Source of the DNA: a virus
Lineage: Duplodnaviria; Caudoviricetes
DNA: 64,000 nt
Reading direction: 5' to 3' (one strand)
IMG/VR virus record: IMGVR_UViG_3300044627_003892
Shown here: positions 30,342-39,479 of the stretch, in pieces
Numbering within the stretch: position 1 is the stretch's first letter
How the letters are laid out: the number at the start of each line of letters is the position of its first letter
Notes under the pieces: model-generated
Seen by the model: only the letters and a program-made list of their open reading frames with translations
Told to the model about the DNA's origin: nothing
Databases searched by the model: none
Position numbers and translations under genes: made by a program

Positions 30342-31496
30342 TTACTTTCCAACTTTATACATATCAAAATAGATAGTATCACCAACAGATACCTGTCTTA
30401 ACGACTTCATCTCCACACCATTTTCAAGTGTGATATCATAATACAAGTTCATCTCTTCATGAACATTCTGTGGTCGGTGTCTTTCAACCTTTATAACATA
30501 ATGAGCCTCAGTATAATGATAACCATTTTGTTTATCATAAGACGCAATTACAATTAACGACATTACTGTTGCGACGAACACGAAGAACAATGTCCAAGGG
30601 GATGTTAAAATTTTTTTCATAGTTTTATTTAGTTTTATTTTTCAGTTGTCTTTCCATCCATTTAGCACCTTGAATAAACCCCATATAATGAGAAGTTCTA
30701 TTCGTTTGATTTACAGCATAAGATTGTGCCGCAGTAATAATCGTTTCTTCGTTAAATTCTTCTTGTAGAATGATGATTTTATACTTTCGTAATACATTGG
30801 TACTACCTTTTAATATTGGATTGTTTTGGTTGAATTGCTCGTACTCATAAGTAATAAAAACTTCCTCACAAGTTGGATTCGTAACAAACCATTCTAAGAA
30901 CTCATCATCTATAGGTTGAACACCCTCATTTATTAATTCTTGGTCTGTTGTTAAAATGATTTTTTTACCATTAGAATTAACTTTAGATACTAAACAATAA
31001 AGATTATTATCTTCACCTAAATAATAATCATCAAATTTAATCTCCTCATCATTAGTGATGTAGATGTTTTGGTTAATCGTATGTCCATTAGAAGTTGTTG
31101 AAACACTATCTAAATGCAATTGACCATTATTGTTATATAACCTGCTTGGTTTGTCTGTTGGTAACAAATGTACGTTTTTCATAACTTTTATTTTTAATTT
31201 TCCACTGCTTTGGCCCCAATGATAATTTTCATTATTCTCCAATTACCTTTAACTGTTCTAACGTCAAAAGTATACTCATTATCGACTGGCTGAATTGATG
31301 TGAGTACTTTCCATTCTTTACCACACCAAGAGTAAACATTATACTTCTTAATGGTTTTTATGATTTCATTCTCAATTACATCCTTCCATTCTGTAAATGG
31401 TTCAAAACTAAGTGAAAGGAATAGATTCTCAATCTCTGTTCGGATTGATTCCCATCTTTGTTTTACTCGTTGTTTTTTATCTTTTCTTTTACTCAT
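30342..31496 (-). other. three hypothetical genes
   Basis: ORFs 30342-30620 (TM), 30625-31242, 31194-31496. Confidence 0.55.
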
Positions 31497-31589
31497 AACT
31501 TTTAGTTTTTATATCTTTTACAAATATATTAACATTTTTATAATTTCCCCATACGTATTTCTACGTATTTAGAATACTCCCCTTTGAAT

Positions 31590-32651
31590 TTATAGTTTTT
31601 TATATTCGGGTTTTAAATAATTCCATATTGCTTTATCAGTACTCTTTCCATCCCACATCATAAAGCATAATGCCTTTATCTTTGGGTGAGTATCACATTC
31701 TTGTAAGTGTAAAGCAAACTCTTTCTTTGATGGTTCAGGGTCTCTGTCCCCATATTTACCATATCTGAAATACTGATATATCTTACCAGCACGTTCTCCA
31801 AACTGATAGTGGTTATACCTTAACTCCTGAACATACATCTTTATCTTCTTATAGAATTCGTCAGGGACATCCTTCAATATCTCCAACACATCTTTGTCCT
31901 CACTCAACATTTCCCAAACAGAAGTGGTAGATACATTAGTCATAAGTTTATGAAGACGAAGATACTCCACACCCTTAACTTTCATTCTATCTCCGTTAGT
32001 AAAACGAACAACAAATCCTTCAGCGTTTTGTTCAACTTTACCCTTCAATTCGGTATAATCCCGAATTCCATCGTATTTTTTAACAACTTTGAAGCCAAGA
32101 TTGTTAACCATGTTCTTTAATCTAACATCAACTCCCTCACCATACAAATCAACCTCATACCCAGTTTCAGTATTTATCATACCAAGTAATACCAAGTCCT
32201 CATAGTCATACTTAACAACTATACGGTTATCATCATATATTATTTCAAACAGGTAAGTGTAATCTTTGTGAAGTTTCTTAAAGTCATACTTTTGTAGCAT
32301 GAAGAAACCTTTTAATGATTGGTCAGAAGCAAATGAACCACGAGTTGCTATCACCCATTGTCCTTCATAGTTGAACAATATACCAAGTGAACCATCCATC
32401 TTTTCGTATACATCAAACTCAGAAGTTGGGGTGTGTCTTTCCTCTTCTATGTTGAAGAACTTTCTAAATGGACGAGCAACAACATTACCTTTGTCGTCGG
32501 TAACTAACCCACGAGTTTGTAAAGTTACATCATCCCATAAACCTTCGTACTGAACCTTTTCAGTGTAGTTCCATATAGTCAAAGGAAGAGTTGGGTGTAC
32601 TTGTTTATACACCAACCCTTCCTCAAAATATTTGTTTAGTACTTCGTTCAT
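31590..32651 (-). CDS. T4 Rnl1-type RNA ligase
   Basis: LTIWNY, RGLV, PFRKFFN, EKMDGS (adenylation Lys), FEII, EGFVV, KVKG. Confidence 0.9.
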   Translation of the reverse strand: MNEVLNKYFEEGLVYKQVHPTLPLTIWNYTEKVQYEGLWDDVTLQTRGLVTDDKGNVVARPFRKFFNIEEERHTPTSEFDVYEKMDGSLGILFNYEGQWVIATRGSFASDQSLKGFFMLQKYDFKKLHKDYTYLFEIIYDDNRIVVKYDYEDLVLLGMINTETGYEVDLYGEGVDVRLKNMVNNLGFKVVKKYDGIRDYTELKGKVEQNAEGFVVRFTNGDRMKVKGVEYLRLHKLMTNVSTTSVWEMLSEDKDVLEILKDVPDEFYKKIKMYVQELRYNHYQFGERAGKIYQYFRYGKYGDRDPEPSKKEFALHLQECDTHPKIKALCFMMWDGKSTDKAIWNYLKPEYKKL

Positions 32652-32671
32652 TTAACAAAGATACAAAACAA

Positions 32672-33058
32672 TTAACGATTAAACAAATAATGATACGTTA
32701 AAAATAACTGACCATAATGTAACACTTGGTCAAAACCAACACTGACAAAGAAGTAATGAACTTTACCTGCCGCCCACAACTTACTATTCAGACGACTAGT
32801 AAAGTAATCGGTAATAGTGTGAACAACAAAAGTAATTACACTAAAATATAAAGTAGACCAAACAATCCATTCAGTTGTTGCACCTTCTTTCATCATACCA
32901 AAGACAAAACACATAGGTAACAACCACACCATTGAATAATTTGATGTGTGACTTAATAAAGCAAAGTTGTTCTTACTTTTGTTTTGGGCTTGCCAGTCAG
33001 TTTGTAATACAAAGTCGGCAATCCAATGGATGAAAATAATGATAAATGAAATTAACAT
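32672..33058 (-). CDS. DUF3307-like membrane protein
   Basis: HWIADFVLQT...HTITDY...GFDQVLH, several TM segments. Confidence 0.75.
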   Translation of the reverse strand: MLISFIIIFIHWIADFVLQTDWQAQNKSKNNFALLSHTSNYSMVWLLPMCFVFGMMKEGATTEWIVWSTLYFSVITFVVHTITDYFTSRLNSKLWAAGKVHYFFVSVGFDQVLHYGQLFLTYHYLFNR

Positions 33059-33651
33059 AATGAATTAGGTAAGAATAATAAAGTTGGATTTTTCTTTTGA
33101 ATATCAACGTCAGGAAATACATTTTTAAACGCCATAGCATCAAATCTATCGGTAATGAAATGATAACCATTTTTGGTTGGAATGATACATTTAATCTTAT
33201 CTCCCTCAGGTCTGATAATATTGATGACTTTAGTTATTCTAACCACTTCACCTTCATCTTGAGTATCCAAATCTACAATCCATCTACTCTCATGAGTTTT
33301 AATCTGTCCGACAACTGAGTCAAACAAATGTTTTTGGTTATGTTGTCCGTTCTTAATCTTTTCAGCTAGTCCAATCATCATTTCCAAAGATACATCCTTA
33401 TGGTTTTGTTTTTGAACGTGGATATATGCCCGAGCTTTAAACATCTCACAGAGTTGTTTAATCTCATCGTATCGTTTCTCCAAGTATTCAATACTTTCAA
33501 CACAATAAGTTTTGATAGTCCGAACTGATTGGTGATTGTCTCTCTCACCTTCAGGTTGGTCCTTCTTTCGTTTGAATACGTAGAGCATATAGAAGTCACC
33601 CTCGTTTTCAAAGTTCAATAATGGTTTTATTAATTCAATATTATCAATCAT
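33052..33651 (-). CDS. hypothetical phage protein
   Basis: 199-aa ORF with WIVDLD and TKNGYHFIT motifs. Confidence 0.7.
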   Translation of the reverse strand: MIDNIELIKPLLNFENEGDFYMLYVFKRKKDQPEGERDNHQSVRTIKTYCVESIEYLEKRYDEIKQLCEMFKARAYIHVQKQNHKDVSLEMMIGLAEKIKNGQHNQKHLFDSVVGQIKTHESRWIVDLDTQDEGEVVRITKVINIIRPEGDKIKCIIPTKNGYHFITDRFDAMAFKNVFPDVDIQKKNPTLLFLPNSLC

Positions 33652-33657
33652 TGTTTG

Positions 33658-34047
33658 TTAAAGTTTTACTTCAAAACGGTTTTTCATTAATTCTAACTTG
33701 TCTTCAGGTACACCATGTTCATTTACACCTTCGTGTCTGTTCTCCACTATAAGTGAAAAAACTCTGTATCCGTATTGTTTGGCTAACTCATAGTAAGCGT
33801 CCATTTCCCATTCTTGAGTAAATGTGTTTGAAACAGCAATCTTTTGGGAACTATCTTCCATACTTTGCTCAACACGTAATTTACACCAGTTATGAGCCAG
33901 TTTTATTTTTGACCCGTCAAATTTGTATTCACCTGTTTCAGAGTCAATAAAATATTGGTCAGCCTCAAATACAGGACAATCCAATGATTGTGCAAATGTG
34001 CTTTTACCACTTCCTGGTATTCCTCTTACGATATATAATGTTTTCAT
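33658..34047 (-). CDS. P-loop kinase (AAA_33 / polynucleotide-kinase-like)
   Basis: IVRGIPGSGKSTF, EADQYF, VSNTF, HGVP. Confidence 0.85.
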   Translation of the reverse strand: MKTLYIVRGIPGSGKSTFAQSLDCPVFEADQYFIDSETGEYKFDGSKIKLAHNWCKLRVEQSMEDSSQKIAVSNTFTQEWEMDAYYELAKQYGYRVFSLIVENRHEGVNEHGVPEDKLELMKNRFEVKL

Positions 34048-34437
34048 ATTTTAATCTTCTAATTCTTCAGGTATATCATCAATAATATGGCGTCTCCACC
34101 ATTTGTCAAATTTACTACCTTTAAACGTGTCCGCCAAATAAGTTCCTAAAATTACCACTAAAAGGGCACCAATACTAATCAAAAATACCCAAGAAAATAT
34201 AATAACGATTGCGTGTCCCATATTAATTAATTGTATAATATACTTTTGTAGTTCTTGGAAGTCCTGGGTAGAAACTATCAATCCTACGATGGATGTTCTC
34301 GTCCTGTTCATCAACATCATCAGGTATTGGGCCAATTCCAAAATCCAAGATGTCAAAGTGTTGGTCAATCTTTTTAATGATATCTAAACGTTGGTCAATC
34401 GTAAGATTGATAGTTAATTCTATTCTACTTGTTAGTG

Positions 34438-34887
34438 TCATACGGTATGTGGTATTTGAACTCTAATACAATTTTGTGGTTTACCCTCATTCATCAAGAA
34501 GTTATTGATATAACCCATGATGTTAGCACTACCAATAGGATTAGCTGAGTGAGTATAAACATCAGGGAACTTAATTGGTTCTCTCTTTCGGTTGGAATAA
34601 CCCATCTCCAATCTTTCAGGGTTTAGTTTATAGAACTCATCAACCAAGAACTTCGCAGCATCGTAGCCAGTCTTCTCATCAATGTTTTCATAACTCAATT
34701 TATAGTTAGGTGAAACATTTGTGTGATACTCAGTCATAGCACTATCACCCAAGTCGTGGTCTAATGATATAACATCAATAGCATTCAATCCAACCTTCTG
34801 AACCAAGTCAGATAGTTCATAAAAAGTTCTAACAACCTGCCAGTCCTTTTCAACAGGAGTTCGGATATCATCTAGGTAGATTTTCAT
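34438..34887 (-). CDS. cyclic-phosphate-processing receiver-like domain protein
   Basis: IYLDDIRTP...ISLDHDLG...TGYDAAKFL...THSANPIGS. Confidence 0.7.
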   Translation of the reverse strand: MKIYLDDIRTPVEKDWQVVRTFYELSDLVQKVGLNAIDVISLDHDLGDSAMTEYHTNVSPNYKLSYENIDEKTGYDAAKFLVDEFYKLNPERLEMGYSNRKREPIKFPDVYTHSANPIGSANIMGYINNFLMNEGKPQNCIRVQIPHTV

Positions 34888-34893
34888 GTATTT

Positions 34894-35592
34894 TTATTTA
34901 TCAGCGTTTAATAATCTTTCAAGGTGGTGGTCATTTGGCATATCTGACAACTGCTCACGATTTTTCATCAAAGGTAATACTTCTCTCAACAAGTTGTATG
35001 GTCGGAACTCAGGGTGTCCGTCAAATCCAACGTCCATTTTCTTTCCATTACCGAACTTTTTATTGTTTGGTAAGTGAACGTGTCCGTGAAGGTGAGGAAT
35101 ACCTTTATTCATCCCGTCCCAACTTTGGATTGGGTAGTGCATACATACGAACTCGTGACGATTAGTCACACCTTTCTTCACAGGTTCCATAACAACAATT
35201 CGTAGGTATTCGGATACTGAACTGAAGATTGATTGTATGTCCCCTTTGTTTCTTTCAACGTGTTGGTCATGGTTACCTAATACAAGGTGAACATTCTTAC
35301 ACACAATTCTATCTCTGAATTGTTTAATGAACTCAAACCCACCAAAGGACCAGTCACCAAGACAAACCAATACATCATCCTGTCCAACGTTCCAATTGAT
35401 ACCATCAACGATAGATTGGTTCATTCGTTCAAGTGTGTCAAAGTCACGAGTTTGGTCAACAGGGATTTCGTTATCTGTTGTTCTCCAATTAGTCGTTCCT
35501 CTACAAATGTTCTTGTGGTTGTAGTGCGGGTCAGAACATATCCAAATGTTTGGGAATACCCCTTTTATGTCTTGTTCAATCTTTAAAATCAT
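34894..35592 (-). CDS. calcineurin-like phosphoesterase
   Basis: SDPHYNH, LGD, GNHD, HYP, HLHGHVH, DVGFD. Confidence 0.88.
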   Translation of the reverse strand: MILKIEQDIKGVFPNIWICSDPHYNHKNICRGTTNWRTTDNEIPVDQTRDFDTLERMNQSIVDGINWNVGQDDVLVCLGDWSFGGFEFIKQFRDRIVCKNVHLVLGNHDQHVERNKGDIQSIFSSVSEYLRIVVMEPVKKGVTNRHEFVCMHYPIQSWDGMNKGIPHLHGHVHLPNNKKFGNGKKMDVGFDGHPEFRPYNLLREVLPLMKNREQLSDMPNDHHLERLLNADK

Positions 35593-35615
35593 ACCACAAA
35601 GATAATGCGTTTTTT

Positions 35616-35807
35616 CTATTCACCCTCATATAACTTCTTATTTTTTTGTTCAGCCCAAAGGTCAACTAAAAGGAACAGTCCCCACCACTTAACATCAACA
35701 TATTCTTCAATTTTAGTTCCTGTAAATGCTGAAATCAACAATACCACAAAAAGGTAAAGAGCAACGATTAAGGGAAGTATTCCTATTATTTTTTTGAAAG
35801 TTTTCAT
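35616..35807 (-). CDS. small membrane protein
   Basis: Two hydrophobic segments. Confidence 0.55.
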   Translation of the reverse strand: MKTFKKIIGILPLIVALYLFVVLLISAFTGTKIEEYVDVKWWGLFLLVDLWAEQKNKKLYEGE

Positions 35808-35850
35808 AATATATTTTTTTAAAAAGTTACAAGAGTTCTTTATGTTTATT

Positions 35851-36237
35851 TTATCCTTTTAAAAGGTCTTTATTTTTTTTAACATCAAAATACGTATCAA
35901 TCATTTTATCAATACGTTTATCAGTGTATGAGTTGGACTCGTTAACAGAATCCATAATTCTGGTATCTATACCTCTCCAAATATCTGTAATTTGTCTTTC
36001 CAATCTGTCGCTATATCCTCTAACCTCAGATTGAATGTTTTGTCTTTCATAATCAATACGACGAGTCGTATCTTCTATTTCTTGTGAGATTGTTCTCACT
36101 AATCCTTGGATATCTTCTTTCAGATTTCCAATTTCTGTTTGTTGTTTACTAATCTTAAACATACCCCAAGCAATTACCCCAATGAAAATTAGAGCAACAA
36201 CCGAGAGCATACCTAAAACAAAATAAGTTGTTTCCAT
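35851..36237 (-). CDS. N-terminally anchored coiled-coil protein
   Basis: TM helix followed by a heptad-rich segment. Confidence 0.65.
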   Translation of the reverse strand: METTYFVLGMLSVVALIFIGVIAWGMFKISKQQTEIGNLKEDIQGLVRTISQEIEDTTRRIDYERQNIQSEVRGYSDRLERQITDIWRGIDTRIMDSVNESNSYTDKRIDKMIDTYFDVKKNKDLLKG

Positions 36238-36258
36238 AATATTATCTCTTTATTTATT

Positions 36259-36289
36259 TCAAAGAACTCTTGTAACTGATACAAATGTA
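36259..36289 (-). promoter_or_regulatory. TAnnTTTG promoter followed by boxA-like GTTCTTTGA
   Basis: Minus strand TACATTTG (36282-36289) then GTTCTTTGA (36259-36267); same arrangement at 63158-63179. Confidence 0.5.
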
Positions 36290-36321
36290 AAACAAAAACC
36301 CCACCTTTTCAAGTGGGGTTT
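36290..36321. terminator. intrinsic terminator, 32-bp exact repeat of 37063-37094
   Basis: aaacaaaaaccccaccttttcaagtggggttt occurs twice. Confidence 0.75.
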
Positions 36322-36341
36322 TCAACAATATTTATTTGTTT

Positions 36342-37028
36342 TTACTTTTTTTGAAGTTCTTTACTATACTCAATAATAGGTACAGGTGTTCCCACAGGAT
36401 AAGGAAATCCAATCTTAGCTGCCGTGATTGATGTCATACCTGTTTTAACAGGAATTGCTTTACGTAATGGAACCGCCGCCTCGTTAAGTGGACCATATAC
36501 TTTCGCCAACACAATACCTGTAGATGTTGTATCAAAGATAATACCTGGCATTGCGAACATATTACTTTCACTTGTACTTGGTTCATCTGTATTTACAACA
36601 AAAGCTCTATTCACAGGTGTCATCATTTCCCATTCTTTAGTTGAAGGGTTAAATTGAGGAATAGTCGTAGTTGAATCATAATACCAAAATAACGACCAAA
36701 CAGTATTATTGGTTCCGTCAGGACTTTGGAAGTATTCATTAACATTAAACTTTCCGTAGGTTTCACTAAAACCTTCCATCGCCAAATTGGAGATTGATGG
36801 CCCTGATAATACAGGACATATTGCACAACCCTCATCATATTCTACACCTTGAACAACAATCTTTCGTCCGGTTGGAATCGCTCCCGATGCACCACAAAAA
36901 GCAAAAGACCCATCATGTATCTTAACAATTTTATCAGATTTAATGTCTTCAGCATTTTCAGTTTTTGTACTTGTATTACAACTAAATAACATAGTTGACA
37001 TAATAATACTTAAAATAATTTTTTTCAT
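36342..37028 (-). CDS. putative lipoprotein
   Basis: MKKIILSIIMSTMLFSC lipobox. Confidence 0.7.
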   Translation of the reverse strand: MKKIILSIIMSTMLFSCNTSTKTENAEDIKSDKIVKIHDGSFAFCGASGAIPTGRKIVVQGVEYDEGCAICPVLSGPSISNLAMEGFSETYGKFNVNEYFQSPDGTNNTVWSLFWYYDSTTTIPQFNPSTKEWEMMTPVNRAFVVNTDEPSTSESNMFAMPGIIFDTTSTGIVLAKVYGPLNEAAVPLRKAIPVKTGMTSITAAKIGFPYPVGTPVPIIEYSKELQKK

Positions 37029-37062
37029 AATTTTTTGGTTTTTTATTTATAAATATCCCGTT

Positions 37063-37094
37063 AAACAAAAACCCCACCTTTTCAAGTGGGGTTT
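37063..37094. terminator. intrinsic terminator (copy 2)
   Basis: Identical to 36290-36321. Confidence 0.75.
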
Positions 37095-37111
37095 AATAGA
37101 TTAAAAAACCA

Positions 37112-37750
37112 TTAGTTTGGTATAGGTCGTTTTGCTAATTGGCCAGCACCTCCCATACCAACCGCTCTTTTCGTATATCCCGTTGGGGATGAAAGTATTT
37201 TTTCTTCTAAACTATCTAATGCGTTTGGAACAATTACTTTACATTGTGAATCTTCAGTATTCTTAATCCAAAAACTTACTAATCGGTATCCAGCATCATA
37301 ACTACCTTTATATCTTATATTATCACTTAAACCTTTTGGTAGAATTAAATCATATTTTTTAGATAGTTCCTGAGCTAATTTGGGTTTAGTGTATACATTA
37401 CATCCGAATTGGTCAGTTGGGTCAAAAATAATTGTAGGACTTTTTTCACCATTTTCATAATAGAATATTCTACCATACTTTTCAACTTTATCAAAATTTA
37501 ATGAGTTCAGATAATCAAATGAGTCGTTTTGAATTTCTTTTGTAATAGTATAAGGTTTTTCATCTTTTTTCATTTCATCTTTTTCAGATTTACCAAATAA
37601 CCCTTTAACACCTTTAACACCTTGTGAAATCAATGAATTATTATTCATTAAATCGTCAATGAAGTTATCTTCTGATACTTCTTGTTCACTAATAACCCTT
37701 TTAACTATTCTAACCAAATCAGATTCAGTTAGTCTTATAACTTTTTTCAT
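37112..37750 (-). CDS. MKKVIRLTESDL-leader protein
   Basis: Leader shared with 48935 and 63436. Confidence 0.75.
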   Translation of the reverse strand: MKKVIRLTESDLVRIVKRVISEQEVSEDNFIDDLMNNNSLISQGVKGVKGLFGKSEKDEMKKDEKPYTITKEIQNDSFDYLNSLNFDKVEKYGRIFYYENGEKSPTIIFDPTDQFGCNVYTKPKLAQELSKKYDLILPKGLSDNIRYKGSYDAGYRLVSFWIKNTEDSQCKVIVPNALDSLEEKILSSPTGYTKRAVGMGGAGQLAKRPIPN

Positions 37751-37812
37751 ATTAATATTTTACTATAAATATATCACAAAAAAAAAACCACCCTCTCAGA
37801 TGGTTTTTTTTA

Positions 37813-38337
37813 TTAAATGTTTTCTTCACCTTCTTGTGTCGGTTCCTCTGTTGGGTATTCCTCAACGATTGGTTCCTCATATACTTCAGGTTCAGTATAT
37901 ACAACTGGTTCTTCAACAACCACAGGAGTTTCTTCTTTAACTTGTGTAACTACAACAACTGGTGGTTGTGGTGGTCTTGGAGTTGTTGGGTATTCCACAG
38001 CACTTGATAGTGATGTTCCATCTTCCTCGTCAACCTTTTGAATTAACATCTTGTCTCTGTCTTCAGAGTTAAACCAGTAATCAACAACCTTGTTAAGATT
38101 ACCAACGAATGCTCCAAATAATATCAATAACATTTCTTTCCAACTTTCTTCAATGGACACACCGAAAAATATTGCGGAGTTTATACCAGCAATGATAAAG
38201 AAGAATAAAAACAATACAATCATTGTTATTTTCCATCTGTTTGCCTGCATTTGTTGAAGCATGTAATAAAAACGATTTTTATCTTCAACCTTTACATACG
38301 GAGTTTCACCGAATAACATTCTTTTAAATCTACTCAT
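37813..38337 (-). CDS. two-TM membrane protein with Pro/Glu-rich tail
   Basis: Hydrophobic pair and a PEVYEEPIVEE tail. Confidence 0.7.
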   Translation of the reverse strand: MSRFKRMLFGETPYVKVEDKNRFYYMLQQMQANRWKITMIVLFLFFFIIAGINSAIFFGVSIEESWKEMLLILFGAFVGNLNKVVDYWFNSEDRDKMLIQKVDEEDGTSLSSAVEYPTTPRPPQPPVVVVTQVKEETPVVVEEPVVYTEPEVYEEPIVEEYPTEEPTQEGEENI

Positions 38338-38353
38338 TTTTTTATTTTTTTAT

Positions 38354-39037
38354 TTATTTATCTTTGTTAGGACTTGCCCCATACTTTACCCCAAGTATTG
38401 TTCCCACGATACTGAAACTATTTGTTAACAGGATACCAAACATATTACTCCAAGTGGAGCCAATGATGTCTGTATCCATTCCTATTGACATAGAATAAAC
38501 ATATATACCAGTCGTAATAAATCCAACACCTATGATTACATAAAGTGCAACTCTAACAATATTATTAATCAACTCAAATTGAGTTTTCTTCTGTATTAAA
38601 TCCAAATTGTTTTCAGCTTCGTTCTTAGCGTTTTCAGCAGTTATTCTTGCTTGTTCAGATTGTTTCATTGCCTCAACAAGTTCGGCACCAATCTTTTCGT
38701 TCTCCATTTTCCATTCAAGAAGTTCAGAGTTTTGACTTTCAATCTGATTGTTTTGGTCTTCCATACTTGTTAAAGTATTTTGGAGTTCCTCCATCATTCT
38801 TTGATTTTCTTCGTTAAGTTCAGTCAAGTCTTTGTTCTGAATCTGAACCTGTTTGGTCATCTCTAAACGTTTACGTCTGGTTGTAGTATCCTTTTCAATA
38901 CAAGTTTTAAGATACTCTTTAAACTCTTGGTCATCTTCAGCATCTATTAATTTAGTAATGTTACCCTCAAGACCAATGTTCTTGGTCTTAAAGGTCTCCA
39001 TTAATATCTTCTTTGTATTTTTATCTAAAACAATCAT
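38354..39037 (-). CDS. coiled-coil protein with C-terminal TM pair
   Basis: Long heptad region then two TM helices; directly downstream of the response regulator. Confidence 0.7.
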   Translation of the reverse strand: MIVLDKNTKKILMETFKTKNIGLEGNITKLIDAEDDQEFKEYLKTCIEKDTTTRRKRLEMTKQVQIQNKDLTELNEENQRMMEELQNTLTSMEDQNNQIESQNSELLEWKMENEKIGAELVEAMKQSEQARITAENAKNEAENNLDLIQKKTQFELINNIVRVALYVIIGVGFITTGIYVYSMSIGMDTDIIGSTWSNMFGILLTNSFSIVGTILGVKYGASPNKDK

Positions 39038-39465
39038 TTATAAACTTTGAAAGGGTTTGTTCTGTTCTTATATCCGTCGTAGTCTTTCTTAAACTCTTCA
39101 AGTCTTGGTTCAATGTCATCCGACTTGATAATCCAAAACTGAGCACCAGCCTGAACTGCCTTAGCCTGTTCTTCAGGTTCGTTACTTGAAGATATGATAC
39201 CGATAACTACATGGTTACCATATTCAAAGTTAATCTTACGGATAAGTTCAATACCATCAAAGGATGAACCTATAATGTTTAAATCCACAAACACACATTC
39301 AGGTTTTTGTGATGTATCTTTTTGCCATCCAGCAAATAATTTAGCAGCTTCATCCGAACTGTTCAAACTTCTTAATGACAATGTAATGTCAAGTAATGAA
39401 CAAGAGTCCTCAAATACCAAGTGGAACAAATCCTCGTCATCCACTAACAAAATTGAATCAATCAT
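39034..39465 (-). CDS. single-domain response regulator (receiver)
   Basis: ILLVDDED, VFVDLNI (phospho-Asp), IISSS, IIK. Confidence 0.9.
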   Translation of the reverse strand: MIDSILLVDDEDLFHLVFEDSCSLLDITLSLRSLNSSDEAAKLFAGWQKDTSQKPECVFVDLNIIGSSFDGIELIRKINFEYGNHVVIGIISSSNEPEEQAKAVQAGAQFWIIKSDDIEPRLEEFKKDYDGYKNRTNPFKVYK

Positions 39466-39479
39466 TTTTTTCTTTCTCT

